The translations under genes were made by a program, and so were the position numbers. A DNA stretch of 54,070 nucleotides from positions 1-54,070 of the forward strand of contig VMFP01000007.1 in NCBI GenBank assembly GCA_007376145.1, written 5' to 3'. Shown here in pieces: positions 1 to 8,079 of the stretch (its first letter is position 1; each line of letters begins with the position of its first letter). The notes beneath the pieces were generated by a model, which made no database searches, was not told where the DNA came from, and saw only the letters and a list, made by a program, of their open reading frames with translations. Source of the stretch: Parcubacteria group bacterium Gr01-1014_38 (GTDB lineage: Bacteria; Patescibacteriota; Andersenbacteria; UBA10190; CAIZMI01).

Positions 1-16
1 CCGCACCGACCATAAG

Positions 17-44
17 AAAAAGCGGCTTCCGTCTCGGAAGCCGC
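17..44 (-). terminator. Intrinsic terminator read on the minus strand, just beyond the left end of the CRISPR array
   Basis: A 9-bp stem GCGGCTTCC/GGAAGCCGC (22-30/36-44) closes a 5-nt loop. On the minus strand it is followed by a T5 run (A-run 17-21 on the plus strand). Confidence 0.55.
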
Positions 45-75
45 GGAAAGGACAACCATTGCTCCCCATCCTCGA

Positions 76-795
76 GTCACCACCTCCTCCCCCCGTCTGT
101 ATGGAGGTTCGGACGGCCGAAATCTCCTCGGTGAGTTGGATTAGCCCGTCACAACCTCCTCCCCCTCTGTACGGAGTTCGGGACTCTTGTCAAAACCCTG
201 TTGAACTTGCAGCCGTCACAACCTCCTCCCCCTCTGTACGGAGTTCGGGACTATACTCCGTGAGTACCTCGGCATGGATGCTCGTCGTCACAACCTCCTC
301 CCCCTCTGTACGGAGTTCGGGACGGAGGGACCAGCCGACCACCTCTCGTGTGAAGTCACAACCTCCTCCCCCTCTGTACGGAGTTCGGGACTCGGCCAGG
401 CAACGGGGTGTTCGACCATCAGTCACAACCTCCTCCCCCTCTGTACGGAGTTCGGGACGCAGAAGAATCCGCCCGGCCTTTCGACAGAGTCACAACCTCC
501 TCCCCCTCTGTACGGAGTTCGGGACTGGGATTGAAAAACGAAGAGGGATTGCAGGCGTCACAACCTCCTCCCCCTCTGTACGGAGTTCGGGACGGTCTCC
601 CACCGAAGAGGCTCATCGACACTGTCACAACCTCCTCCCCCTCTGTACGGAGTTCGGGACGGTCTGAAGTATTCGCGCAAGTTCCTCTAAGTCACAACCT
701 CCTCCCCCTCTGTACGGAGTTCGGGACACCGGGGAAACCGAGCCGATCAAGCTCGATGGTCACAACCTCCTCCCCCTCTGTACGGAGTTCGGGAC
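76..795. CRISPR. CRISPR array of 11 repeats (10 identical 37-nt repeats plus 1 decayed terminal repeat) and 10 unique spacers
   Basis: The repeat GTCACAACCTCCTCCCCCTCTGTACGGAGTTCGGGAC starts at 148, 215, 287, 355, 422, 489, 557, 624, 691 and 759. A decayed 39-nt copy lies at 76-114. Spacer lengths are 33, 30, 35, 31, 30, 30, 31, 30, 30 and 31 nt, with no two alike. The decayed left repeat and the minus-strand terminator at 17-44 suggest minus-strand transcription. Confidence 0.95.
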
Positions 796-1243
796 TATTC
801 CGTTTTTCCCTTTGGAGAGCGGTTTTCCGATGGGCGTTCTCCTGGAGAAGGGAGCAATACCTCGGGGGTGGTCTTCCGTGAGGATATTCCCCCTCTCGGC
901 CGCTCTCGGGACGTTTCCCAAACGAACAAACAATGGGGAGGCCAGGGGGTGAGTCCCCCTGGTTCGGCTTCGGGCCAGTGAGGGATCGTGTGAATGATCC
1001 CTCTCCTTCTCCGGAGGCGCCACGCTCTCCTTCAAAGAGAGCGCTTCACCTCCCTGGCCAACGCGCACGTGCACGAAGTCCCAGGGTCAATTCCGGGGTG
1101 CGCTTTGGGAGTGACAAGGCCTTGGGTACTAGCGGGTTGTCGAGGGAGCAGGGCAGGAGAGAGTGTACCCGTGAAGCGGGAGGCGTCAAGGGGGCCTCCA
1201 AGGTGACCGGCAGGAGGCCGTGATGATGCTTCGCCCCGGTTGC
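796..1243. other. ORF-poor structured intergenic region, a putative CRISPR leader and/or non-coding RNA, containing a half-copy of the repeat
   Basis: The A/T-richer segment 796-850 abuts the last repeat. Positions 888-912 match the 3' 25 nt of the repeat at 18/25 (blocks TCCCCCTCT and TCGGGAC). Perfect hairpins lie at 942-962 (8 bp), 980-1003 (8 bp) and 1023-1043 (7 bp). The only ORFs here overlap each other on opposite strands, and one runs into the last repeat. Confidence 0.4.
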
Positions 1244-1867
1244 TCACTGCCGACTCACCACTGCCTGGACGGGTTTGAAGGAGGGCCGATGGATCGGCGT
1301 GGGACCGAGCTTCTTTAGCGCCCGCTGGTGCGCTGGCGTGCCGTAACCCTTGTGTCCCGCGAAGCCGTAGCCCGGATATTGCTGGTCCAGTTCTGTCATG
1401 AGCGCATCACGGTGGACCTTCGCGACAATCGAAGCGGCGGCGATCGAGCGGACCTTCCGGTCTCCCTTGATCACCGCCTCGTGGTACCAGGGAAGATCGG
1501 GGATCTGGTACGCGTCGGTCAAGACGGCATCCGGCGGTGGCCGAAGCGCGGCGAGTGCACGGCGCATCGCTTCTACCGCGGCCCAGTGGAGATTTAAGGT
1601 TGCGATCTCGCGCGGGCTGGCATCACCCACCGCCCACGTGATGGCCGATCGCTGGATATGTTCCGCGAGCCGTACACGCTGAGGTTCGGTGAGGGTTTTA
1701 CTGTCGCGGACGAAATCAATGCGGATTTCCACTGGAAGGATGACCGCCGCGGCCACCACCGGTCCGGCCAAACACCCCATGCCCACCTCATCGACGCCGG
1801 CGACCAGCCGGAACCCGCGATTCCACAGCGTGCGTTCGAACCGGTAGGTTGTGCGAAGCGGACTCAT
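1244..1867 (-). CDS. rnhB: Ribonuclease HII
   Basis: 207-aa ORF with the motifs GVDEVGMGCLAGPVVAAAV, DSKTLT, IKGD, SIAAASIVAKV and GYGFAGHKGYGT, typical of RNase HII. Confidence 0.9.
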   Translation of the reverse strand: MSPLRTTYRFERTLWNRGFRLVAGVDEVGMGCLAGPVVAAAVILPVEIRIDFVRDSKTLTEPQRVRLAEHIQRSAITWAVGDASPREIATLNLHWAAVEAMRRALAALRPPPDAVLTDAYQIPDLPWYHEAVIKGDRKVRSIAAASIVAKVHRDALMTELDQQYPGYGFAGHKGYGTPAHQRALKKLGPTPIHRPSFKPVQAVVSRQ

Positions 1868-1899
1868 GGGAGCGCCATACCGTGCATCTCACTCGATCC

Positions 1900-2637
1900 T
1901 CACCACAAACGCTGCTGGGCGACGTGCGGTGTCGCTGGCGTGACGAGTCCGCCGTGCCCGGTTTTGCGGACTGCGTTGACGTGGAGGTGTGCCAGACGGC
2001 TTGGTTCCGGAAGTCGGTATCCGTGGGTCAACCGCAGAACCAGAGCGACCGCCGAGGGCAGATCAATCTTGTGACCGACAGAAATGTACAACGATTGTGT
2101 TCGCTCTTTGGTACGTACAATACGGCCGATTTCCTCTCCGCGATCGCGTAAGGGAACGAAATCCCCCATGTTCGGCCCAGGGTTGGCCTCGATCCCCACG
2201 AGGAGACTTTTGGCTACCCCGACGGTTGGGCGGTCCAGGAGGAGGCCCAGGTGGCAGGCAATGCCGAAACGGCGAGGGTGGGCCCACCCGTGACCATCAA
2301 CGAGGAAGGCGTCCGGCTCACTTTGGAGCTGCTGGAGGGCACCCACGACCGCCGGAAGCTCTCGAAAGGCCAGGAGGCCGGGAATATATGGGAATGATGT
2401 CGACTGCTGCGCAGCGGTGGTTTCGACAATCTCCGTCGGGTCATGTGCGCGACAGACGACGATCCCTGCGGTCAGCAGCGGATGTTCCTTTTCTGAAGAA
2501 ACATCAACGCCGGCAACAAGCTGAACGTTCTCCGCATCGAGCGGTGGTCCTTGGACCACCGATGTTGAAAGCCGTTCCTGGAGGCGAACGGTCTCCTCCG
2601 GCGTGATGTCCCATCCGTGCAACACTCGAATATCCAC
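1900..2637 (-). CDS. nfi: Endonuclease V (deoxyinosine 3' endonuclease)
   Basis: 245-aa ORF with VAGVDVS, YIPGLLAFRE and VDGHGWAHPRRFGIACHLG, matching the EndoV signature blocks. Confidence 0.9.
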   Translation of the reverse strand: MDIRVLHGWDITPEETVRLQERLSTSVVQGPPLDAENVQLVAGVDVSSEKEHPLLTAGIVVCRAHDPTEIVETTAAQQSTSFPYIPGLLAFRELPAVVGALQQLQSEPDAFLVDGHGWAHPRRFGIACHLGLLLDRPTVGVAKSLLVGIEANPGPNMGDFVPLRDRGEEIGRIVRTKERTQSLYISVGHKIDLPSAVALVLRLTHGYRLPEPSRLAHLHVNAVRKTGHGGLVTPATPHVAQQRLW

Positions 2638-2663
2638 GATCCTACGGTATCACGTCATGCATC

Positions 2664-2738
2664 TGGTGCCCCCAGCACGAATCGAACGTGCATCTGCCCC
2701 TTAGGACGGGGCTGCTCTGTCCGTTGAGCTATGGGGGC
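2664..2738 (-). tRNA. tRNA-Arg (anticodon CCU)
   Basis: The reverse complement folds as a cloverleaf: acceptor GCCCCCA/TGGGGGC, anticodon stem GCCCC/GGGGC with loop GTCCTAA, T-loop TTCGATT, encoded CCA. Confidence 0.85.
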
Positions 2739-2939
2739 GGAGGCAACGAGAACTGTTGCGACGCTAGTGTACGGAATGGCCCTTGACATGGCGAGTTCCG
2801 ATTCTCTAAAGAAGGGCGTATACTGGTGTCGACAGAAGTTCTGATTCGTCCACTACCGGTCCGCCGTTTCCGTTTTCTCCTCCTTAGTTCTTCCAGACGA
2901 GAACGGAATCGGAGGACCAGCCGCACGAGCTGGACGTTT

Positions 2940-2984
2940 CCTACATCTTGTGGTACGCTGTCCCTGAATACCACAATTGGTAGG
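2940..2984 (+). promoter_or_regulatory. Imperfect inverted repeat just upstream of nrdJ, either an operator or a 5'-UTR hairpin
   Basis: CCTACATCTTGTGGTA (2940-2955) matches the reverse complement of TACCACAATTGGTAGG (2969-2984) at 13/16, with a perfect 7-bp core TGTGGTA/TACCACA and a 13-nt spacer. It ends 15 nt before the nrdJ start. Confidence 0.35.
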
Positions 2985-2998
2985 AACCTCCTTCATTC

Positions 2999-5900
2999 TT
3001 GGAGCGAAGAACGAACATGACGCCACCAGTCTCTTGGTCGGAGACGCGAGCGACCGAGTCTCCCTCCGCGCCGACTTCTGTTTCTCTGCCTTCCAAAGAG
3101 CGAACAGAAACCCGCCGAAAAGGTCTTACTGTTCCACGACGTTTCACGACGCCCGGCGTTGACCCGTTGACGACCGTGCGGTGGGACAAACGCGTCTCAC
3201 GGATCCGCGATGAGTCCGGGAACGTCATTTTCGAACTCCGCGACATCGAGGTTCCCAGTTCCTGGAGCCAGGTGGCCACCGACGTTATGGTAAGCAAGTA
3301 CTTCCGCCGCGCCGGGGTTCCACAGCACCACCCCGATGGGACTCCGAAACTCCATCCCGACGACTCGCCGGTCCTCGGCGGCGAAACGTCTGCGCGACAA
3401 GCCATCCACCGGCTTGCCCTCGCCTGGCGCTGGTGGGGAGAGCAGTACGGATATTTCGCGACGCCACAGGATGCCGAGGCGTTTTTCGACGAGGTCACGT
3501 ACATGTTGGTGCACCAGATCGTCTCGCCGAATTCCCCGCAATGGTTCAACACCGGACTGAAGCTCGCCTACGGCATCAGCGGTCCTCCCCAAGGGCATTG
3601 GTACGTGGACCAGGAGACGCGGGAACTTCGGCAGTCGGAGGATGCGTATACTCGCGCGCAGGCGCACGCCTGTGGGCGCTGGGATACCAAACTCTTCACC
3701 GAGGAGGGCATCCTTAACCTGGGCGAGATCGTGGAGAAAAACCGCACGGGGCTTCGGGTGTTTGATGGGGAACGATGGGTGCGGACTCTTGCGGTGAAGA
3801 GCAATGGAGTCCGGAAGCTCTTCCGCGCGACTTTGAAGAATGGTCAGTACCTCGAATTCACGGATGACCATCTTGTTTGGGCGTCCGTGACTCCCCGCCG
3901 AATAGGCGGCCAGTGTGCCTGGGTTCCTCTCCGGGAGTGCCTCGGCCGTCGCGTTCAGGTTGTACGGGCTCCAGAGGGAGTGCGGGCGCGCGTCCCCGTT
4001 CGGACTGCCGAAGCAGCACTGGCGGGGTATCACATTGGAGACGGCTACACGGGGACGTACGACGGCATTACGCACTTCGGTGTCGCCACCGTCACGAACG
4101 ACGAGTTTGGGTACGCGACGCGGCTCTTCCGTGAGGTGTTTGGTGCCTACACGGTGACGGAGAAACCGCAGGTGAGTCCTCTCTACCGCATCGTGCGCCA
4201 TGACTTTACGCACACGCGCCCGTTTTCTGATCTATACGAGCTCGGGCGCGGGAGCCGAAACGTTGGGGTCCCCGATGTGATCTTTACCGCCCCGCGAAAG
4301 GTTCAGGCGGCGTTCCTTCAGGGGCTCTTCCAAGCCGATGGGTGCGTGCGCATTCGGAGACAAGGAAACTGGCGGGCTGGCAATATCTGTCTTACCACGG
4401 TTTCCGAGCGCCTCGCGCACGACGTCCAGACACTTCTTCTTGGGTTGAGTATCCACTCTCGAGTGAGCTTTGAACGCGACGACCGGCCTGGTCGTGCCGG
4501 TACGTATCAGGTCATCATTGCGTACGACTCGGAACGCCGCCGGTTCGCCGAGTTGATCGGTTTTCCCACTCATGAGAAGCAGGCGAAGTTGCGCCGCTTA
4601 AACGCGGAGGTCGTTGGTAAGGCGAAGGCTGCGATCTCCGAAGAGGAGGTGGTCTCCATCGAGCCGATCGGCGAGGAAGAGGTCTACGATATCCAGACGG
4701 AGAGTGGGAAGTTCCTCGCGAACGGAGTCGTTGTCCACAACTGTTTCATCCAATCGGTGAAGGACGCGATCCTGGGGGACGGGGGCATCATGGACCTCGT
4801 CGAGCGCGAGGCGCGCATCTTCAAGTATGGGTCGGGGACCGGGACGAACTTCTCCACGCTCCGCGCAGAGGGGGAGCCCGTCTCCGCAGGCGGGACTGCC
4901 TCCGGCCTCATGAGCTGGCTTCGGATCTACGATCGCGCCGCCGCCGCCGTCAAGAGCGGCGGCACCACCCGGCGTGCGGCGAAGATGGCCATTGTCAACA
5001 TTGATCACCCGGATATTGAGAAGTTCATTTGGTGGAAGGCCGACGAGGAAAAGAAGGTTGCGGCGCTGGTTACCGCCGGATACTCGAGTGACTTCAATGG
5101 CGAGGCCTACCAGACCGTTGCTGGGCAGAATTCCAACAATACTGTCCGCGTCACGAACGAATTCCTGCGGGCGGTAGAGAACGATGCGGATTGGCATCTC
5201 CGCTGGCGGACGGATCCGGACCACATCAGTAAGACGATCAAGGCGCGGGGGCTCTGGCGGGATATCGCCGAGGCGGCGTGGCAGAGTGCTGATCCGGGCG
5301 TCCAGTACGACACCACCATCCAGGAGTGGAATACCTGTCCGGCCTCCGGGCGCATCAACGCGACCAACCCCTGCTCCGAGTACGTCTTCCTCGATGAGAC
5401 GGCGTGCAACCTTGCCTCCATCAACTTCATGAAGTTCGTGGACTCCGAGACCGGTGCGTTCGACGTGGAGGGATACGTGCACACCATCCGTCTCTGGACG
5501 GCCGTTCTCGAGATCACCGTCGCCATGGCCCAGTTGCCCTCCAAGGACATCGCCCTCGGGACATACAACTTCCGGACGCTGGGGCTCGGGTATGCCAACC
5601 TCGGCACGCTGCTCATGGTCTGGGGCGTTCCGTACGACAGCCCGAAAGCCCGGGCGATTGCCGGAGCCCTCACGGCCATTCTCACGGGAGAATCCTACGC
5701 GATGTCCGCAGAGCTCGCGGCGATCCTTGAGCCCTTTCCCGAGTACGGAAAGAATCGCGAGCAGATGCTCCGGGTGATCCGGAACCATCGCCGCGCCGCC
5801 TACGATGCGCCGCCGGAGAAGTACGAAGGACTCTCGGTGAAACCCGTGGCCATTGACCAAGAGCTCTGCCCGGAGGGCTTGCGGAAAGTCGCCCACCGAG

Positions 5901-7429
5901 CATGGGACCGAGCGCTCGAGCTCGGCGAGAAATACGGGTACCGGAATGCGCAAGTGACGGTCATTGCTCCCACCGGCACCATCGGCCTCCAGATGGACTG
6001 CGATACCACGGGGGTGGAGCCGGATTTCGCGCTCGTGAAGTTCAAGAAGCTCGCCGGCGGCGGGTATTTCAAGATTGTGAACCAGTCGGTCCCGCGTGCG
6101 CTCAAGACGCTCGGGTACACGCCGGGAGAAATCGCGGATATCGTGCAGTACGTCACGGGGACTCTTTCCTTCAACAATGGGGTCCCCCACCTCAACCGAG
6201 ACACGCTGCTCGCCAAGGGATTCGCCGATGACGACCTCGGTCGTCTGGAGCAGCAGCTCCCCGGCGTCTTCCATCTCTCTATGGCGTTCACTCCCACCAT
6301 CTTCGGGGAAGAGCTGCTCCGTCGCCTCGAGCTCCAGGAGAAGGCGAAGGAGAGCCCAACCCTCAACATCCTCGGAGCACTCGGCTTTTCCCTTCAGCAG
6401 ATTGAAGAAGCCAACGAAGTCATCTGCGGCCGACAGACGGTCGAGGGCGCGCCGCACCTCAAGCCCGAGCACCTTCCCGTGTTCGACTGTGCGAACAAGT
6501 GCGGTCTGAAGGGCGTGCGGTTCATTCCCTACGACGGTCACGTGAACATGCTCGCTGCCGTCCAGCCCTTCGTCTCCGGCTCGATATCGAAGACCATCAA
6601 TATGCCGGCCGAGGCCACCGCGGAGGAGATCGAGCGGGTGTACTGGGAGGGATGGAGGCTCGGCCTGAAGGCGAACGCGCTCTACCGCGACGGGAGTAAG
6701 ATGAGCCAGCCGCTCTCCACGAAGTCCAGCGATGAGACTGCAGGCGTGCGGGTCGTGGAGAAAGTCGTCGAGAAAATTATCGAACGGCCCCGGCGGGTGA
6801 AGCTCCCGCGGGAACGCTCGGCCATGACGCGGAAGGTGAACCTGGCCGGAGAGGAATTCTATCTCACGGTGGGGCTCTACCCCGACGGGAAGCCGGGAGA
6901 ACTCTTCATTACCATGGGGAAGGAAGGCTCTTTCGCCTCCGGCTTGGCCGATGCGTTTGCGAAGATGGTGAGCTTGAGCCTCCAGTACGGCGTTCCCCTC
7001 GAGAATCTCATTCGCCAGCTCCGCCACATGCGGTTCTCGCCGGACGGGTTTACCGGCGACCCGGATATTCCGACGGCGAGCTCGGTCACAGACTTCTTGG
7101 CTCAATGGTTGCAGAAGACCTTCCCGAACGGCGTGCACACGGAGATGGGAAAGTTGCCATTGCCCAGCGGAAATAAGCAGCAGGCGCACATCTCTGCCAC
7201 GTCTCCCAGTATCACGGAGGACATGGAAGACGCGCTGGCGGCCCAGAACGGAGGCCCCGCTTCTCTGTCCCCGACGTCTGGCACGGTCGTGACCTTTGCG
7301 CCCAACCAGCCACTCCACGGGTACGGCTTCACCGGCGACAAGTGCTCTGACTGTGGCTCCCTCCGCATGGTGCAGAACGGCTCCTGCAAGAAGTGTCTGG
7401 ATTGCGGGACAACCACCGGATGCTCGTGA
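2999..7429 (+). CDS. nrdJ: Ribonucleoside-triphosphate/diphosphate reductase, class II (adenosylcobalamin-dependent), intein-containing precursor
   Basis: 1476-aa ORF. It has the N-terminal block GLTVPRRFTTPGVDP..VRWDKR, the active-site block ATNPCSEY and a C-terminal Cys-rich tail (CSDCGS...CKKCLDCG). The start may be 2999 or the ATG at 3017. Confidence 0.9.
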   Translation: MERRTNMTPPVSWSETRATESPSAPTSVSLPSKERTETRRKGLTVPRRFTTPGVDPLTTVRWDKRVSRIRDESGNVIFELRDIEVPSSWSQVATDVMVSKYFRRAGVPQHHPDGTPKLHPDDSPVLGGETSARQAIHRLALAWRWWGEQYGYFATPQDAEAFFDEVTYMLVHQIVSPNSPQWFNTGLKLAYGISGPPQGHWYVDQETRELRQSEDAYTRAQAHACGRWDTKLFTEEGILNLGEIVEKNRTGLRVFDGERWVRTLAVKSNGVRKLFRATLKNGQYLEFTDDHLVWASVTPRRIGGQCAWVPLRECLGRRVQVVRAPEGVRARVPVRTAEAALAGYHIGDGYTGTYDGITHFGVATVTNDEFGYATRLFREVFGAYTVTEKPQVSPLYRIVRHDFTHTRPFSDLYELGRGSRNVGVPDVIFTAPRKVQAAFLQGLFQADGCVRIRRQGNWRAGNICLTTVSERLAHDVQTLLLGLSIHSRVSFERDDRPGRAGTYQVIIAYDSERRRFAELIGFPTHEKQAKLRRLNAEVVGKAKAAISEEEVVSIEPIGEEEVYDIQTESGKFLANGVVVHNCFIQSVKDAILGDGGIMDLVEREARIFKYGSGTGTNFSTLRAEGEPVSAGGTASGLMSWLRIYDRAAAAVKSGGTTRRAAKMAIVNIDHPDIEKFIWWKADEEKKVAALVTAGYSSDFNGEAYQTVAGQNSNNTVRVTNEFLRAVENDADWHLRWRTDPDHISKTIKARGLWRDIAEAAWQSADPGVQYDTTIQEWNTCPASGRINATNPCSEYVFLDETACNLASINFMKFVDSETGAFDVEGYVHTIRLWTAVLEITVAMAQLPSKDIALGTYNFRTLGLGYANLGTLLMVWGVPYDSPKARAIAGALTAILTGESYAMSAELAAILEPFPEYGKNREQMLRVIRNHRRAAYDAPPEKYEGLSVKPVAIDQELCPEGLRKVAHRAWDRALELGEKYGYRNAQVTVIAPTGTIGLQMDCDTTGVEPDFALVKFKKLAGGGYFKIVNQSVPRALKTLGYTPGEIADIVQYVTGTLSFNNGVPHLNRDTLLAKGFADDDLGRLEQQLPGVFHLSMAFTPTIFGEELLRRLELQEKAKESPTLNILGALGFSLQQIEEANEVICGRQTVEGAPHLKPEHLPVFDCANKCGLKGVRFIPYDGHVNMLAAVQPFVSGSISKTINMPAEATAEEIERVYWEGWRLGLKANALYRDGSKMSQPLSTKSSDETAGVRVVEKVVEKIIERPRRVKLPRERSAMTRKVNLAGEEFYLTVGLYPDGKPGELFITMGKEGSFASGLADAFAKMVSLSLQYGVPLENLIRQLRHMRFSPDGFTGDPDIPTASSVTDFLAQWLQKTFPNGVHTEMGKLPLPSGNKQQAHISATSPSITEDMEDALAAQNGGPASLSPTSGTVVTFAPNQPLHGYGFTGDKCSDCGSLRMVQNGSCKKCLDCGTTTGCS
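3671..4741 (+). mobile_element. Intein with a LAGLIDADG homing-endonuclease domain inserted in nrdJ
   Basis: It begins at the Cys codon TGT at 3671, after ..AQAHA. It ends ..VVVHN (AAC 4739-4741) and is followed by the +1 Cys of CFIQSV. Two LAGLIDADG-like blocks are present (ALAGYHIGDGY, FLQGLFQADGCV). Length is 357 codons, in frame. Confidence 0.85.
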
Positions 7430-8079
7430 AGCGCCAGCGACGCAGAGAAACACACATCGCGAAGAGCGGCCCCGGAAGACGGGGCCGCCTTCGACCCCAA
7501 CCCCGAACATCAGACCGCGGGCTCACCATCGTCTACTATGGCGACGGGAAGGGGAAAACCACGGCGGCGCTCGGGGCGGTGCTCCGCGCGGTCGGTCAGG
7601 GGTGGCGGTGCGTTGTGGTCCAATTCATCAAAGGCTCCTGGCCGTCGAGCGAGCGGGTGGCCATTCCCCGGTACCTTCGTGACCATGTCACGATCGAAGC
7701 CGGTGGGAAAGGATTCGTCGGCATCCTTGACGATCGTCTCCCGCGCAGCGAGCACAAGAAGCAGGCACGTGTGCTGTTTCGGGAAGTCAGGCAGCGCTTC
7801 ACGCTCTGGGCACGGGCAGCCAAGCGACCAGAGCTCACCCCCCGTCCGCCGCAACTCGTGGTCCTCGATGAAATTCTTGATGCGGTGGAATTCGGCTTTC
7901 TCACGCAAGCAGAGGTGGTTCAGCTCATCAAAGCGAAGCCAGTATCTCTCCATCTGGTTCTCACCGGCCACAAGAAGTTTCCACGGATTCTCGCCGCCGC
8001 CGACCTCGTCACCCGCATGGTCAAAGAGAGACATCCCTACGATCAGGGATTCCTTGCGGTGCGGGGGTTGGATTATTAG
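7420..8079 (+). CDS. cobO: Cob(I)yrinic acid a,c-diamide / cob(I)alamin adenosyltransferase (CobO/CobA/BtuR family)
   Basis: It has the P-loop block IVYYGDGKGKTTAALG, VVLDE, and the C-terminal block LVLTGHKKFP..AADLVTRMVKERHPYDQG. The ATG at 7420 overlaps the nrdJ stop (7427-7429). An alternative ATG lies at 7393. The N-terminal ~35 aa are basic and non-conserved. Confidence 0.8.
   Translation: MLVKRQRRRETHIAKSGPGRRGRLRPQPRTSDRGLTIVYYGDGKGKTTAALGAVLRAVGQGWRCVVVQFIKGSWPSSERVAIPRYLRDHVTIEAGGKGFVGILDDRLPRSEHKKQARVLFREVRQRFTLWARAAKRPELTPRPPQLVVLDEILDAVEFGFLTQAEVVQLIKAKPVSLHLVLTGHKKFPRILAAADLVTRMVKERHPYDQGFLAVRGLDY

Noticed and set aside
59-881. Several 70-200-aa ORFs on both strands spanning the CRISPR array (for example 59-667, 408-881 and 190-426).
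   Set aside because: Their translations are just the repeat read in three frames (VTTSSPSVRSSG, SQPPPPLYGVRD, HNLLPLCTEFGT) interrupted by spacers. They are an artefact of a stop-free repeat, not genes.
760-1223. ORFs 760-1074 (-) and 933-1223 (+) in the array-rnhB interval.
   Set aside because: They overlap each other on opposite strands and have no Shine-Dalgarno sequence. One begins or ends inside the last CRISPR repeat. Their composition is Arg/Gly/Pro-rich, typical of random frames in high-G+C DNA, so the region is treated as non-coding.
1244-2637. The idea that rnhB and nfi next to the array are CRISPR-associated nucleases.
   Set aside because: Both are full-length, canonical housekeeping enzymes with intact signature motifs, and they are separated from the array by 450 bp. 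Nothing in the sequence ties them to the array, so adjacency alone is insufficient.
2740-2940. A cobalamin riboswitch upstream of nrdJ.
   Set aside because: No B12-box-like sequence or conserved core is visible. B12-dependent RNRs are also not the usual targets of B12 riboswitches, which typically repress B12-independent isozymes or transporters. Only generic hairpins are seen (for example around 2866-2905).
7466-7488. An 8-bp GC hairpin (GCGGCCCC/GGGGCCGC) after the nrdJ stop that could be a terminator separating nrdJ from cobO.
   Set aside because: It is not followed by a T-run, and it lies inside the only open frame leading to the conserved CobO core. No alternative start codon exists between it and the P-loop. 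I therefore kept the overlapping ATG at 7420 as the start, with an uncertain N-terminus.
4598-7510. A 970-aa ORF antisense to nrdJ.
   Set aside because: The plus strand encodes an unmistakable class II RNR. The antisense product is low-complexity and Arg/Gly/Leu-rich with no motifs. This is the classic long antisense ORF of high-G+C coding DNA.
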